From the NCBI GenBank assembly GCA_963777605.1, contig CAVZRV010000028.1, forward strand, positions 160,001 to 224,000: a stretch of 64,000 nt of DNA, given 5' to 3'. Shown here in pieces: positions 1-10,739 of the stretch. A program made the translations under genes and the position numbers. The notes below the pieces were generated by a model. The model saw only the letters and a list, made by a program, of their open reading frames with translations, was not told where the DNA came from and ran no database searches. This DNA is from an uncultured Acidobacteriota bacterium (GTDB taxonomy: Bacteria; Acidobacteriota; UBA6911; RPQK01; JAPXNP01). Position 1 is the first letter of the stretch. Every line of letters starts with the position of its first letter.

Positions 1-1
1 G

Positions 2-130
2 ATCCTGGATGAAGGGGTCACCGTCGATGAGGGTGCGGAGATTGGTTACGACATCGAACGAGACCGGCGACTGAACTTCGTCAGTGAGAACGGAGTTGTT
101 GTCGTTACGGCTCGTTCGGACGAGCGCTGA
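2..130 (+). CDS. glgC: 3' end of probable glucose-1-phosphate adenylyltransferase (partial, runs in from window start)
   Basis: Frame 2 reads ILDEGVTVDEGAEIGYDIERDRRLNFVSENGVVVVTARSDER*, matching the typical GlgC C-terminus (IGYD..D...F.VSE.GVVVV); not in the ORF track. Confidence 0.65.
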   Translation: MLDEGVTVDEGAEIGYDIERDRRLNFVSENGVVVVTARSDER

Positions 131-339
131 AACGGTTTACCCTCATTTCGGAGTTGAACAAGATTGAAAGACCAGTCGGCATCTTCCCAGCGGGCTATCA
201 CATCGACGGTTTCGTCTCTTCCGTAGATCGTCGGAAGACTGATCTGATCGTTCGGCCGCAACGCGGTCCCGTAAATCGCCGAGGTCGCCTCAATTACGTC
301 CTGACCCGTTAGACCCTCGGTTTTGTAGCGATTGTGCAA
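46..339 (-). pseudogene. Fragment of a hypothetical protein (RYKTEGLT...IARWED...SFNL), probably truncated
   Basis: Protein-like core; no convincing N-terminus; its tail overlaps the glgC end on the opposite strand. Confidence 0.3.
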
Positions 340-673
340 CCTCCTGAGCGCGATTCTTCACGATTGAAGAAATCCCTGTTTCGCATCTCTTCGTAACCCC
401 GCGGTTCAGAAACTGACCGATGAAGAAGAATTGAACCGGTAGTAGCTGCACCAAACATGATCCCAAGGGTTGCGTGATAAAATAAGTCATTGAAAAATAA
501 GGAAGAACCTCGCTGCCGCTAATAGACTGACTCGGCCGGAGTTGGATTGAGCAAGAACGGATGGGATCCTCGCGAGCACACCTTGGACATACACCGAAAC
601 TGTTCTGCAATCCTGAAGAGCCCTTGTAGAGTCTCAGATTAAGAACAGTCCGAGGAGCTCGCACGGCGGAAAG

Positions 674-713
674 AAAGTGCGGAACCAGCCCACAAAGTGC
701 GGAACCAGCCCAC
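674..713. repeat. Perfect 20-bp tandem duplication (AAAGTGCGGAACCAGCCCAC x2) upstream of the desaturase
   Basis: Identical copies at 674-693 and 694-713. Confidence 0.9.
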
Positions 714-780
714 ATTGTTGCTTGCCGTATGACACGAGTCTGACGAGGGTAAGGGACTCTGAAACGAAAGGCCCTGTGAA

Positions 781-1902
781 GTGAAAAAGATCAGTTTTCC
801 GGTTCGTGCCGGCTTTCGTCAGCGGCTCAATCAACGAGTGAACCAGCATTTCGACCGGAGAGGCGTTCCCAGGACCGGTGACTGGAGAATGTTCTTGAAA
901 ACCGGGATCATTCTGACCTGGCTTGCTACTTCGTATATTCTGCTGGTCTTCTACGCGAACTCTCTAGCGTCGGGAATCGTTGCAGCCCTTGCTGTAGCCG
1001 CAGGAATTGTGCTGGTGGGCTTTAATCTCATGCACGATGGAGCGCACGACAGTTATTCCGCTAATAAGAAGATCAATCGCATGGCGGCCTGGACTCTCGA
1101 TTTTATTGGTGGCAGCCAGATGCTCTGGCGTCAGAAACACAACATCCTTCACCATACTTACACCAATATTGCAGGCGCCGACGATGATCTCAACACCTCT
1201 GGGCTGCTGCGCCTGAGCCCAGACCAATCATGGCGCCCCTGGCACCGGTTTCAACACCTCTACGCGCCCGCCCTGTACAGCTTGCTGACGATCAACTGGG
1301 TTTTCTATAGCGATTTCCGAAAGTTCTTCACGGGGCGAATCGGTGATTACAGACTCAGGAAACCATCAGCGAGGGAAACCCTGTCCTTTTTTTCCGCCAA
1401 GGGCTTGTACTTCGGGTACGCCATCGTTCTTCCATTACTTATTCACGACCTCATGGTGACCCTCTTCTTCTTCATCTTCGTCCACCTGGTAGCTGGATTG
1501 ATCTTCTCTGTGGTTTTCCAACTCGCTCATACAGTCGATGACAACGCATTCCCTGCAGCAGATCCGCGAACCGGTTTCATAGAATCTGAGTGGTCGATTC
1601 ACGAGGTTGAAACGACAGCAAATTTCGCGACGCAAAACAGGTTCCTCAGCTGGGTTTGTGGTGGATTGAACTTTCAAATCGAACACCACCTATTGCCCAG
1701 GGTGTGCCACATCCACTACCCAGCCCTCAGCCATTTCGTACGTGAAACCTGTGGTGAGTTCCAGATCCGGTACACGTGCTACGCCACTGTACGATCCGCC
1801 CTTATGATGCACTTCCGCTTCCTGAAGAAGCTCGGCAAACCGGCGGCCGCGGCTGAATTTCCTGGTTCGGAAAACTTACACAAAATGGCGGAACCACGTT
1901 AA
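781..1902 (+). CDS. Membrane fatty acid (acyl-CoA/acyl-lipid) desaturase
   Basis: Three His boxes HDGAH, HNILHH, QIEHH plus hydrophobic segments. Confidence 0.92.
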   Translation: MKKISFPVRAGFRQRLNQRVNQHFDRRGVPRTGDWRMFLKTGIILTWLATSYILLVFYANSLASGIVAALAVAAGIVLVGFNLMHDGAHDSYSANKKINRMAAWTLDFIGGSQMLWRQKHNILHHTYTNIAGADDDLNTSGLLRLSPDQSWRPWHRFQHLYAPALYSLLTINWVFYSDFRKFFTGRIGDYRLRKPSARETLSFFSAKGLYFGYAIVLPLLIHDLMVTLFFFIFVHLVAGLIFSVVFQLAHTVDDNAFPAADPRTGFIESEWSIHEVETTANFATQNRFLSWVCGGLNFQIEHHLLPRVCHIHYPALSHFVRETCGEFQIRYTCYATVRSALMMHFRFLKKLGKPAAAAEFPGSENLHKMAEPR

Positions 1903-1972
1903 GTCTATGCCAGAACAGGCATTGGGCACAGGGAAGGCAACTTGGCCCAGGTCTTGGTGAGAAGGAGTTGTG

Positions 1973-1999
1973 AAGGGGCCAACCGACTTGAGGCCCCTT
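1973..1999. terminator. Hairpin between convergent desaturase and RRM genes
   Basis: AAGGGGCC-N11-GGCCCCTT stem; no clear U tract. Confidence 0.4.
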
Positions 2000-2019
2000 G
2001 CATTAGAAAGGACTAACGA

Positions 2020-2346
2020 CTACCAGCGGTTCCGACCGCCACCGCCGCCGCCGCCGTATCCGCCCCTGCCACCGCCGCCGCCGCCGTCACGCGGAGCCTG
2101 CGGTTTGGCTTCATTCACTGTCAACGACCGGCCTTCGAGGTTGGTTCCGTTGACCTTGTCGATCGCAGCCTGGGCTTCCGCCTGGGAACTCATCTCGACA
2201 AAACCGAAACCCTTTGAGCGACCCGTCATTCGGTCCGTAATCACCCGAGCCGATTCGACCGTGCCGTGCTCCGTGAAGAGATCTTCCAACTGCTTGTCAG
2301 AAATGGAATAGGGCAAGCCGCCCACGTAAAGTTTCTTACCGTTCAT
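2020..2346 (-). CDS. RRM RNA-binding protein with Gly-rich tail
   Basis: RNP2 LYVGGL, RNP1 KGFGFVEM, GGGGGRGGYGGG C-terminus. Confidence 0.95.
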   Translation of the reverse strand: MNGKKLYVGGLPYSISDKQLEDLFTEHGTVESARVITDRMTGRSKGFGFVEMSSQAEAQAAIDKVNGTNLEGRSLTVNEAKPQAPRDGGGGGGRGGYGGGGGGGRNRW

Positions 2347-2551
2347 GTTCTTCTCCTAATTAACGTTCTTGCCATGCACCCTGGATGGTGACCGCGAAAG
2401 AAGCAGAACATGGATAGGCTGGTCGGCGAATGCCACGATCTGGTCGGTTGATTCTCTGGAGTCTTTCGCAAGGTGAGGATAGTGAGGTCATCGTAATTTG
2501 ATTCTTTAAATAGAGCTTCTCCGTGAGACCTCTAACCGAATAAGCGAGGTC

Positions 2552-2581
2552 AGCTTAACACTTTTCTTCAGCCGATTGCAA
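2552..2581 (-). promoter_or_regulatory. Putative sigma70 promoter of the RRM gene (long 5' UTR)
   Basis: Minus strand TTGCAA-N18-TAAGCT with TG extension, about 200 nt upstream of the ATG. Confidence 0.4.
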
Positions 2582-2840
2582 GCGCTTTCTTCGGCCGAAT
2601 GCAAACACAGGATCGCGCGCGGTCCCAGTGGCAGGCCGGGCAACTCATGGGCTTAGCCGCCCCGATGCGGGTCGGCGCTTGGGACGCCTCATTTCTCTTG
2701 GTTCCAGTTCCTGGGCTCGACGATTCTTTCCCATCCATGCCTCGATTCAGAACCTGTTTCGAGCGGGCGCCATCTCACCAGAGGTGCTTTGCGTCTCCGC
2801 CTCCAACCGCCGGTCCCGGCCCCTCCTGCCCAATTAACTG

Positions 2841-2869
2841 TTGACATCCAGTTCCACGCTGTCTAATGT
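2841..2869 (+). promoter_or_regulatory. Putative sigma70 promoter
   Basis: TTGACA-N17-TAATGT upstream of ATG 2937. Confidence 0.55.
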
Positions 2870-2936
2870 CTTGTCAATACTTCTCTCCAATTTAATGTCT
2901 CGTGCAATACATTCGTTTTGCTGGGAGGAACCGGGA

Positions 2937-4619
2937 ATGCTTCGAAAACTCCTTGTGGCGCTGCCCGTCATTGCTTGGACTCTTTGTTCTTCGGCGCCTG
3001 CAGCCGACAGGATTGTCTATCCACAGGCTGCGGTCGGACCTCTGACAGGAGGTTCCTTTCAGATCGAACTGCGAGTCGGCAATACTCAAAGCGACAAGCC
3101 CTGGACTGGAACGGTCCGGCTGCTCGGCCAGCAAAACCTGAGCGGCATGGGCAATCTCACGGTCCGGCGTGGCGATGGTTCCCCGGTTTCGGTTTCGAAC
3201 GGGGCATTTGGAATCGATCTGCCTCCGGATCGGTCCCTGCTTTTTCGAATTTCAAGTACCCAACTACAGGTTGGAGTTTTGGTGATCGAGCCTTCGGGCT
3301 CTGACCTGGATTCTCTGAGTGCCGCTTTCTACTACCGGCTCGTCAATGCACAGGGAATTGGCACCGATCTGATCGCAGTCGACGGAGCCAGGGAAGCTCA
3401 TACCGGCTACCAGGTCATGATATCCACGGTTCCAAGCTTCAACGTCGGTGCCGCCATCGTCTCGGAAAAGGCGCTCGACGGATCGAATACGAGCCCATTG
3501 ACGGTGAACCTGACGGCGATTCTCGATAATGGAAGCGAGCGGGCAGCCTCGATCGTTCTGGGCGGTTCGGAAGCGCTCCAGAAGGCGCTCTTCCCCGACG
3601 CGGTAATTCCCGGACTTCCGAGCGGCGCGGAAGTCGCGCAACTCCGGATCCAGGCCGATGAGGCGCTTTACGTCGCGACGCTGGCGGTCGGCGCCCCTCC
3701 CGAGTTTGCCGGCGTGCAGATTGGAGCCGCCCCCGCCGATCCCTTCGTTTCCGTACCCTTCACTAATTTGACGGTGGATGCCCAGGACAGGGCGGACGTC
3801 GTGGCCTTTTTCCATCGATTCTACGCTGCGTCCGACGGGGTCGCGGTTGGCTGGGACGGGAACGAAGCCGCCTGTACCCCGGGGACTTCCTCCAGCGCGT
3901 TCAAGGAGGCGATCCTCCGGCGGATCAACTTTTTCCGTGCGATGGCCGGAGTGCCCGCCGATATCGTTTTTGACTCCGCCCTGAGTGCCAAGTGTCAGGA
4001 CATGGCGCTCATGATAGTCGCCGAAAACCGCTCGTCACATTTCCCGGACTCATCGTGGACCTGTTACACGGCCGATGGCGCGGAAGCCGCCGGCAAGTCG
4101 AACCTCTTTTATCTTTTCGGATCGCAGACTCCGTCGGCGACATCGATTGTCGACGGGTTCATTCAGGACCCTGGTGACGGGAATTTCGCCGTAGGCCACC
4201 GCCGTTGGCTTCTCTACCCACGCCAGCAGGTGATGGGGAGCGGTACCGCGCAGACCGCGCAGGACAGCGCTAACGTGATCTGGGTAATCGGCGATTTTGC
4301 GTCCGGACCGAAGGTTCGGTCGCCCTGGCCGCCTGCCGGCTTCGTCCCGTACCAGCTCGTGTTCCCAAGGTGGTCTTTCTCTTTTCCCGACGCGGACTTC
4401 AGTGCTGCTTCCGTCACAATGTCGCGAAATGGACAGCCAGTGTCTCTCGCGCTCGAAACCTTGAGCCAGGGATTCGGCGACAACACCATCGTGTGGGTGC
4501 CCAATATCGTCTACGAAGCGCCTTCATCCGACGTTGCCTACGAGGTGCAGATCACTGGAGTACTGATCAATGGCTCTCCACAGGATTTCTCCTATACGGT
4601 TGTTCTGATCAACCCTTAG
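2937..4619 (+). CDS. Secreted protein with C-terminal CAP/SCP domain
   Basis: GGAGG RBS, signal peptide MLRKLLVALP..., CAP motifs RINFFRAMAG, SSHFP, GHRRWLL. Confidence 0.8.
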   Translation: MLRKLLVALPVIAWTLCSSAPAADRIVYPQAAVGPLTGGSFQIELRVGNTQSDKPWTGTVRLLGQQNLSGMGNLTVRRGDGSPVSVSNGAFGIDLPPDRSLLFRISSTQLQVGVLVIEPSGSDLDSLSAAFYYRLVNAQGIGTDLIAVDGAREAHTGYQVMISTVPSFNVGAAIVSEKALDGSNTSPLTVNLTAILDNGSERAASIVLGGSEALQKALFPDAVIPGLPSGAEVAQLRIQADEALYVATLAVGAPPEFAGVQIGAAPADPFVSVPFTNLTVDAQDRADVVAFFHRFYAASDGVAVGWDGNEAACTPGTSSSAFKEAILRRINFFRAMAGVPADIVFDSALSAKCQDMALMIVAENRSSHFPDSSWTCYTADGAEAAGKSNLFYLFGSQTPSATSIVDGFIQDPGDGNFAVGHRRWLLYPRQQVMGSGTAQTAQDSANVIWVIGDFASGPKVRSPWPPAGFVPYQLVFPRWSFSFPDADFSAASVTMSRNGQPVSLALETLSQGFGDNTIVWVPNIVYEAPSSDVAYEVQITGVLINGSPQDFSYTVVLINP

Positions 4620-4833
4620 CAGTGTCCCTCTCACTGGAGACTTTCCGCGACGGCTTCGCTTGGAGGACTGTCAAGTTCAGTGCTGATCCGAGTGAAAGAC
4701 AAGATGAGGAGTGCGCCAGGATATTCCCGCCACTGATTCCCTGCCCTTATCCCGAGTCAGGCGTTCTGGCTCTCCGACCGATTCTTCCATCAGCTACGTT
4801 CCGGTAACCAGCTCACTCGTCCCGTTGCCGCTG

Positions 4834-4874
4834 TGAGCAGTTTTGACCGAAGGGGAGAGCCTTACTGAACTGAC
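4834..4874 (+). promoter_or_regulatory. Tandem CRP-like motif, copy 1
   Basis: TGAGCagtttTGACCgaaggggAGAGCcttacTGAACTGAC; CTGACG-N17-TAGTAT. Confidence 0.8.
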
Positions 4875-4943
4875 GCCCGAAGAGGGTCTCTGTAGTATCG
4901 GAAATAACGTTAATAGTTTTGTGCAGTTCAAGGAGTATCGACG

Positions 4944-5093
4944 ATGTTATTTACAATCGTATTGGTTTTGTTGGCTTTATGGCTTCTAGGTTTTTCCATG
5001 TCAGTGGGAGGTTCGTTCATTCACGCCCTCCTGGTCATTGCAGTCGTCCTGTTTCTCATCAATATGGTGGGCGGCCGTCGAGGGTGGGCCTAG
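4944..5093 (+). CDS. Small membrane protein, lmo0937-like family (49 aa)
   Basis: AAGGAG RBS; MLFTIVLVLLALWLLGFSMSVGGSFIHALLVIAVVLFLINMVGGRRGWA; below the ORF-track cutoff. Confidence 0.85.
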   Translation: MLFTIVLVLLALWLLGFSMSVGGSFIHALLVIAVVLFLINMVGGRRGWA

Positions 5094-5136
5094 GCTCCTG
5101 TCGGCGGTTCACGAGAAGCCTGCCGCCTGGTGAAAC

Positions 5137-5298
5137 GACGCAATCAAAGCAGACAAGTTCCTTGTCCTCGCTCACGGCACGGCTGATGAGGTCACCCGTG
5201 CCAGTGACACCATTCGGACCACCCCTCCTTTGGAGGTTGCGACACACGACTTCAAAACCAGGAAGGCAAGTGGTCGCGACACCCTGATTGCTTCGTGA
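5137..5298 (+). pseudogene. 3' remnant of a general-stress (DUF1269-like) membrane protein gene
   Basis: DAIKADKFLVLAHGTADEVTRASDTIRTT... with no start codon. Confidence 0.5.
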
Positions 5299-5414
5299 GG
5301 GGAGCGTGCTCAGAGTACCCGCTCCCCCTCCTGCTCGAGTCAATTCGCAACCGCACCCCGGGAAACCTTGGAAGCGCGAAAGCTCCCCGAACAGGAGTGC
5401 GGGCATGGTGAGTA

Positions 5415-6845
5415 ATGAGGAGAAAAGCTGAGATGGGCAAGACCAACGGCAATGCGGAGCGGTCCGACGCGCTCGTACTCTTCGGTGTGACGGGCGATCT
5501 TGCCCGCAAGATGACCTTCCCGGCACTCTATGGGATGGCAAAACGAGGCATACTGACGGTTCCCGTCATCGGCGTCGCTTTACCGAAGTGGAGTCTGGCC
5601 CAGCTGCGCAATCACGCGAAGGACAGCATCGAGCGATCGGGCGGAATCGATGACCAGCCCGCCCTCGACCATCTTCTGTCCCTGCTCAAGTACGTCAGTG
5701 GGGACTATAAAGACCCGGACACGTTCACGGCGCTAAGAAAGGCGCTGGGTAGTTCCCGGCGCCCGGCGCACTATCTCGCCATCCCGCCCTCGCTCTTTGC
5801 GACGGTCATCCAGGGGCTCGGCGCCGCGGGCTTGGCCGACCACGCGCGAGTCATTGTCGAAAAGCCGTTCGGACGCGACCTGGCGTCCGCCCGGGAACTC
5901 AACCGCATCGCGCGGTCCGTCTTCCCGGAAGACTCGATTTTCCGCATCGACCACTTCCTGGGGAAGGAAGCGATCATGAATATCCTCTATTTCCGCTTCG
6001 CCAATTCTTTCCTGGAGCCGATCTGGAACCGCAATTGCGTCGCCGACGTTCAGATCACCCTGTCCGAGGATTTCGGAGTGGAGAGCCGGGGCTCATTTTA
6101 CGAATCCGCCGGCTGCCTGCGCGACGTCATTCAAAACCACCTTTTCCAGATCGTCGCGCTGCTTGCGATGGAACCGCCGGCCACCAGGGACTATGGAGCC
6201 GTACATATAGAGAAAAACAAGGTCTTCCAAGCCATGCGCCCTCTGAACCCAGACGATCTGGTGCGGGGCCAGTACACGGGCTACCGGAAGGAGACGGGCG
6301 TGGCGAAGCGCTCCGACGTCGAAACTTTTTGCGCCCTGCGACTTTTCATCGACTCGTGGCGCTGGGAGGGGGTGCCATGGTACCTGCGCTCGGGCAAGTT
6401 TCTGGCGGAAACGGCGGCCGAGGTTCTGGTGGAGCTGAAGCCGCCGCCGCAGAGGCTGTTCGCCGACTCAGCACCCGAGAACGGGCGACCTAACTATCTG
6501 CGTTTTCGGCTCTCCCCCAGTTCTGCCGTCGCCCTTGCGGCTCGCGTCAAGCGCGCAGGGAAGGAGTTCATCGGTGACCAGCGAGAGCTCTACCTGCTTG
6601 AAGAGCAGGCGGGAGCGGAAGCGCCCTACGAGCGGCTTTTAGGCGATGCCATAGCCGGCGACGGAGCCCTGTTCGCCCGCGAGGCTGCGGTGGAGGCCGC
6701 ATGGGCGGTGGTCGACCCGGTCCTGAAGACCCACCACAAGGTTCGATCCTACAAGCGAGGCAGCTGGGGGCCGGATGAGGCTGATGCCCTGATCGCAGCA
6801 GACGGCTACTGGCACAATCCTAAACCGGAACAGACAGGACCATGA
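5415..6845 (+). CDS. zwf: Glucose-6-phosphate 1-dehydrogenase
   Basis: [28 protein letters not shown] motifs; start could be 5433. Confidence 0.96.
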   Translation: MRRKAEMGKTNGNAERSDALVLFGVTGDLARKMTFPALYGMAKRGILTVPVIGVALPKWSLAQLRNHAKDSIERSGGIDDQPALDHLLSLLKYVSGDYKDPDTFTALRKALGSSRRPAHYLAIPPSLFATVIQGLGAAGLADHARVIVEKPFGRDLASARELNRIARSVFPEDSIFRIDHFLGKEAIMNILYFRFANSFLEPIWNRNCVADVQITLSEDFGVESRGSFYESAGCLRDVIQNHLFQIVALLAMEPPATRDYGAVHIEKNKVFQAMRPLNPDDLVRGQYTGYRKETGVAKRSDVETFCALRLFIDSWRWEGVPWYLRSGKFLAETAAEVLVELKPPPQRLFADSAPENGRPNYLRFRLSPSSAVALAARVKRAGKEFIGDQRELYLLEEQAGAEAPYERLLGDAIAGDGALFAREAAVEAAWAVVDPVLKTHHKVRSYKRGSWGPDEADALIAADGYWHNPKPEQTGP

Positions 6846-7513
6846 CAGCCCCCCCAAAGGTCGTATTCCTACTCGACGTGGATAACACCCTGCTCGATAA
6901 CGATCTCATCCAAGACGACCTTAAGAACCATCTTGAGCGTGAGTTCGGACCCGAGAGCCGGGACCGGTACTGGGCGACATTCGAGGCGTTGCGCGTCGAA
7001 CTGGGCTATGCAGACTACCTGGGCGCCCTGCAACGCTACCGGCTGGGAGACTTGAACGACCCGCGCCTGTTGCTCATGTCCTCCTATCTCGTGGACTACC
7101 CCTTTGGGGAGCGGCTCTATCCCAACGCGCTTGATGTCATTCGGCATTTTCGCAAATGGGGCCCGACGGTCATCCTGTCGGATGGCGACGTGGTCTTCCA
7201 GCCACGCAAGGTCCAACGCTCAGGGCTGTGGGATGCGGTCGAGGGCAGGGTGCTGATCTACATCCACAAGGAGCAGATGCTGGATGCCGTCTTAAAGCGG
7301 TACCCGGCCGGACATCACGTCATGGTGGACGACAAGCTGCGCATTCTGGCGGCTATGAAAGATGTCCTGGGGGACCGACTGACCACTGTCTTTCCACGCC
7401 AGGGACATTACGCGCTGGATCCAAAGAACGTCACTGCCTATCCGCCGGCTGACAGAACGGTCGAGCGCATTGGCGAACTGCTCAACTATGATCTGCCCGC
7501 CCTGCTCGGTTGA
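6842..7513 (+). CDS. HAD-family hydrolase
   Basis: LLDVDNTL motif I, ILSDG, MVDDK; ATGA overlap with zwf. Confidence 0.85.
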   Translation: MTAPPKVVFLLDVDNTLLDNDLIQDDLKNHLEREFGPESRDRYWATFEALRVELGYADYLGALQRYRLGDLNDPRLLLMSSYLVDYPFGERLYPNALDVIRHFRKWGPTVILSDGDVVFQPRKVQRSGLWDAVEGRVLIYIHKEQMLDAVLKRYPAGHHVMVDDKLRILAAMKDVLGDRLTTVFPRQGHYALDPKNVTAYPPADRTVERIGELLNYDLPALLG

Positions 7514-7540
7514 GGGCGGATGTGCGGGATAGGAGGCACC

Positions 7541-8674
7541 ATGAAGAGTACGCAGCAACTGCACGATCTCGGACAAAGTGTTTGGCTCGACAACATCACC
7601 CGCGGACTGCTGACGAGCGGCACGCTGCGCCGTTACATTGAGGAATTTTCAGTGACAGGACTAACCTCCAACCCCACGATCTTCGATAAAGCCATCAAGG
7701 ACGCGGGTCACTACGACGATGCCATTCATCAGAAAACTGCCGCGGGCAAATCGGACGAAGCGTTGTTCTTCGAACTTGCCCTGGAGGATTTAACCCGAGC
7801 CGCTGATCTTCTGCGCCCGGTCCACTCCGCCACCGGCGGAATTGACGGATGGGTATCGCTGGAGGTGTCTCCGTTGCTGGCGGACGACACGGCCGGAACC
7901 ATCAAGGCCGCGGCCGAACTTCATGAGCGCGCACAACGCCCCAATCTTTTCATCAAGATTCCGGGCACCCGCGAAGGCCTTCCCGCGATCGAGGAGACCA
8001 TCTTCGCGGGCGTGCCGGTAAATGTCACGCTGCTGTTCTCCCGCGAGCAGTACCTCGCAGCGGCCGAGGCCTATATGCGCGGAATCACCCGGCGGATAGA
8101 CGCCGGCCTCGACCCGAAGGTCAATTCCGTGGCATCGATTTTCGTCAGCCGCTGGGACGTGGCGGTGAAGGACAAGGTTCCGGGGGTGCTTCGCAACCGC
8201 CTCGGGATCGCGATTGCCACACGCACGTACGCAGCCTACCGCGATCTGCTGGCCTCGTCCCGCTGGCGGAAACTCGCTGACGGCGGCGCGCGGCCGCAAC
8301 GTCTGCTATGGGCCAGCACCGGCACCAAGGATCCTGACGCCTCAGACACCCTTTACATCGAGGCGCTCGCGGCTCCGGACACAATCAACACCCTGCCCGA
8401 AAAGACGCTGCTCGCCTTCGCCGATCACGGGAATCTGAAAAGTGAATTGCCGGCAGATGGCGGCGAGGCCGAAGCACTGCTCGCCGAGTTCACGGGCGCA
8501 GGGGTTGATGATGCCGCGCTTGCCGCCGAACTCCAGCGCGAAGGCACACGGTCGTTCGAAGAGTCTTGGAACGATCTGATGGCTTGCATCGCATCAAAAA
8601 GCGCCGTGCTCGAGGAGCCCGCTCACGTTGTCGCCGCGGCCAGGGAACAAATAGCACGCCACGCCGCCAAGTAG
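7541..8674 (+). CDS. tal: Transaldolase
   Basis: GQSVWLDNI, GLTSNPTIF, VSLEVSP, FIKIPGT, LLWASTGTK; AGGAGG RBS. Confidence 0.95.
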   Translation: MKSTQQLHDLGQSVWLDNITRGLLTSGTLRRYIEEFSVTGLTSNPTIFDKAIKDAGHYDDAIHQKTAAGKSDEALFFELALEDLTRAADLLRPVHSATGGIDGWVSLEVSPLLADDTAGTIKAAAELHERAQRPNLFIKIPGTREGLPAIEETIFAGVPVNVTLLFSREQYLAAAEAYMRGITRRIDAGLDPKVNSVASIFVSRWDVAVKDKVPGVLRNRLGIAIATRTYAAYRDLLASSRWRKLADGGARPQRLLWASTGTKDPDASDTLYIEALAAPDTINTLPEKTLLAFADHGNLKSELPADGGEAEALLAEFTGAGVDDAALAAELQREGTRSFEESWNDLMACIASKSAVLEEPAHVVAAAREQIARHAAK

Positions 8675-9222
8675 GGGGCCTGGTACCGGACCAATCAGTG
8701 GAGACGCAGAATGAGTAGCCCGGAAGATACGGCAACAAGAATCAGTCCTTTGGCGGGGAAACCCGCCGAAGCATCGATGCTGGTCAACGTACCGAAACTT
8801 GTCACTGCCTACTACACCGAGGCCCCGGACCCGTCGGTGCCCGGGCAACGAGTCGCGTTCGGCACTTCGGGACATCGCGGTTCCGCGTTCGACAACAGCT
8901 TCAACGAAGGGCACGTCCTTGCCATCAGCCAGGCCATTTGCCGTTACCGCAAGCAGCAGCACATCAACGGCCCGCTGTTTCTGGGCCTCGACACCCACGC
9001 ACTCTCCGTGCCTGCCGGCGCCAGCGCGCTCGAAGTGCTGGCGGCCAACGGCGTGGAAGTCTTGATTGCCGAAAACGATGAATATACTCCCACCCCCGCG
9101 GTTTCTCACGCGATACTCACCTACAACCGGGGGCGCAAGACAGGGCTCGCCGACGGTGTCAATCACCAAGGTAATTCCCCCACCCGTTTACCACCGTAAT
9201 GTTCCCATTTGGATAAGCCACA

Positions 9223-9975
9223 TCATCTCGTCTCTTTGGTTTTGGCCGGTTCTGCTGGCGCAAACTTTGCGCAGGCACGCTCTCTGTCTGGGGCGGGATT
9301 CGTGCCCTGCGTCTGCACCCAACGCTGCTTGAGCCTTTGTACCTGGAGGCGGTTAAAGGCGCAGTACTCGGGGGATACGCCGACCTGCGCGATCTCCTGG
9401 AGGATGTCGGTGAAGTAGTGCAGGCTGCCGATCGGGGCACTGGCTTGCCCGTTGAGCCAGGAGACATACTTGCGGCCGCAGCCGATCAGGATGGCCTGCT
9501 GCACCAGCGTGATGGGGGTCGTCTGTCGGAACCACTGGCGTGCCAGTCGACGTTCCGCGGCTCCGAGGGCGAAACGAATGCAAGGTTGATCAAGCAGCGT
9601 GGTTCGGATGGCCTCGAGGTACTGCCGCTCCTGTGGGCTTTCCCCAGCTGCGGGGTCCGAGTGACGCTGATAAGGCCAGTACTCCTCCGAGACCTCGAGG
9701 ATGCCGTCGGTATGCTGATTCGGAGCCGACGATCGACGGCAGACTCCGCTTCGTTCCAGTTCCTCCAGATAAGTGCCGATCGAGCGGCGGGACTTGCCGA
9801 GCGCACGGGCCAGTTCGGCCTGCCGGAAGGAGAGTCGTCCGGAGTTGCGTTCGGCCTGAAGCGAGACCCAAACGAAGAGCTTGAAGGCTCCGTCGGAGAG
9901 TCGGTCGAGCGCCAGCCGCCACTCGCTTCCCGCCGCAAACCAGCCGTTCGAGTGCTTGAGTTGAAGGGTGCTCAT
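9223..9975 (-). CDS. IS-borne third ORF: N-terminal winged-HTH protein, replication-initiator-like (250 aa)
   Basis: AAGGAGG RBS, ATGA overlap with istB stop; LSDGAFKLF...QAELARALGKSRRSIGTYLEELERSG; C-terminal IGSLHYFTDILQE. Confidence 0.75.
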   Translation of the reverse strand: MSTLQLKHSNGWFAAGSEWRLALDRLSDGAFKLFVWVSLQAERNSGRLSFRQAELARALGKSRRSIGTYLEELERSGVCRRSSAPNQHTDGILEVSEEYWPYQRHSDPAAGESPQERQYLEAIRTTLLDQPCIRFALGAAERRLARQWFRQTTPITLVQQAILIGCGRKYVSWLNGQASAPIGSLHYFTDILQEIAQVGVSPEYCAFNRLQVQRLKQRWVQTQGTNPAPDRERACAKFAPAEPAKTKETR

Positions 9976-10739
9976 GAGGTTCCCTCCTTGTCGGATGGGC
10001 CCTTCGGGCGGCGTTGGTGCTTGCGATAGGATTCCCCTTCCCAGTAGATCTGGTGGGCGTTGTGGCAGAGGCGATCGAGCAGCGAGTTGGCCTGCAGAGG
10101 ATCGGGAAACAGGCCGGCCCATTCCTCGACGCTTCGATTGCTGGTCAGGATCAGCGAGCCCTTCAGGTAGCGTTCATAGACGAGCTCGTAGAGGTCGTCG
10201 GCCTGGGTTTCGGTCAAAGGCTTGAGTCCAAAATCGTCAAGGATCAGGCACTCGGGCGAAGCGTATTGCTTGAAGATCCGATCGCGAGAGCAGTCGGCCC
10301 GGGCGGCCTCGAGCGAGCGAAACAGTCGGGCCGCCGTCACATAGCGGACGTCGTAGTCTCGGCGCACGGCCTCGTGACCCAGGGCCAGGGCGAGATGACT
10401 CTTGCCGACGCCCACCGGCCCGCACAGAAAGACGCTTTCCCGTTTCTCCACGAAACGGCAGGTGGCCAGATCGTACAGGCGTCGGCGAGGGATCTTGGGA
10501 TTGAAGGGGAAGTCGAACTCCTCGAGCGTCTTGATCTCCGGGAAAGCGGCTTTGCGCAGCCGACGGGCAAACTTCGTCTGGCAGCGCCGTTCCAGCTCGT
10601 CCTGGACCAACAGATCCAGAAAATCGCGATAGCCGAGCTGCTCCTGTTCGGCCTGGGCCAAGCGAATCTCCAGGGTCTCGGCCAATCCTCCCAGGCGCAA
10701 GTTCTTCAGTCTTTCGACCAGATGGTGAGCGTGGCTCAT
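9972..10739 (-). CDS. istB: IS21 helper ATPase IstB
   Basis: KTLEEFDF, Walker A GPVGVGKS, Walker B LILDDFG, ILTSN, LDRLCH, GESYR. Confidence 0.95.
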   Translation of the reverse strand: MSHAHHLVERLKNLRLGGLAETLEIRLAQAEQEQLGYRDFLDLLVQDELERRCQTKFARRLRKAAFPEIKTLEEFDFPFNPKIPRRRLYDLATCRFVEKRESVFLCGPVGVGKSHLALALGHEAVRRDYDVRYVTAARLFRSLEAARADCSRDRIFKQYASPECLILDDFGLKPLTETQADDLYELVYERYLKGSLILTSNRSVEEWAGLFPDPLQANSLLDRLCHNAHQIYWEGESYRKHQRRPKGPSDKEGTS

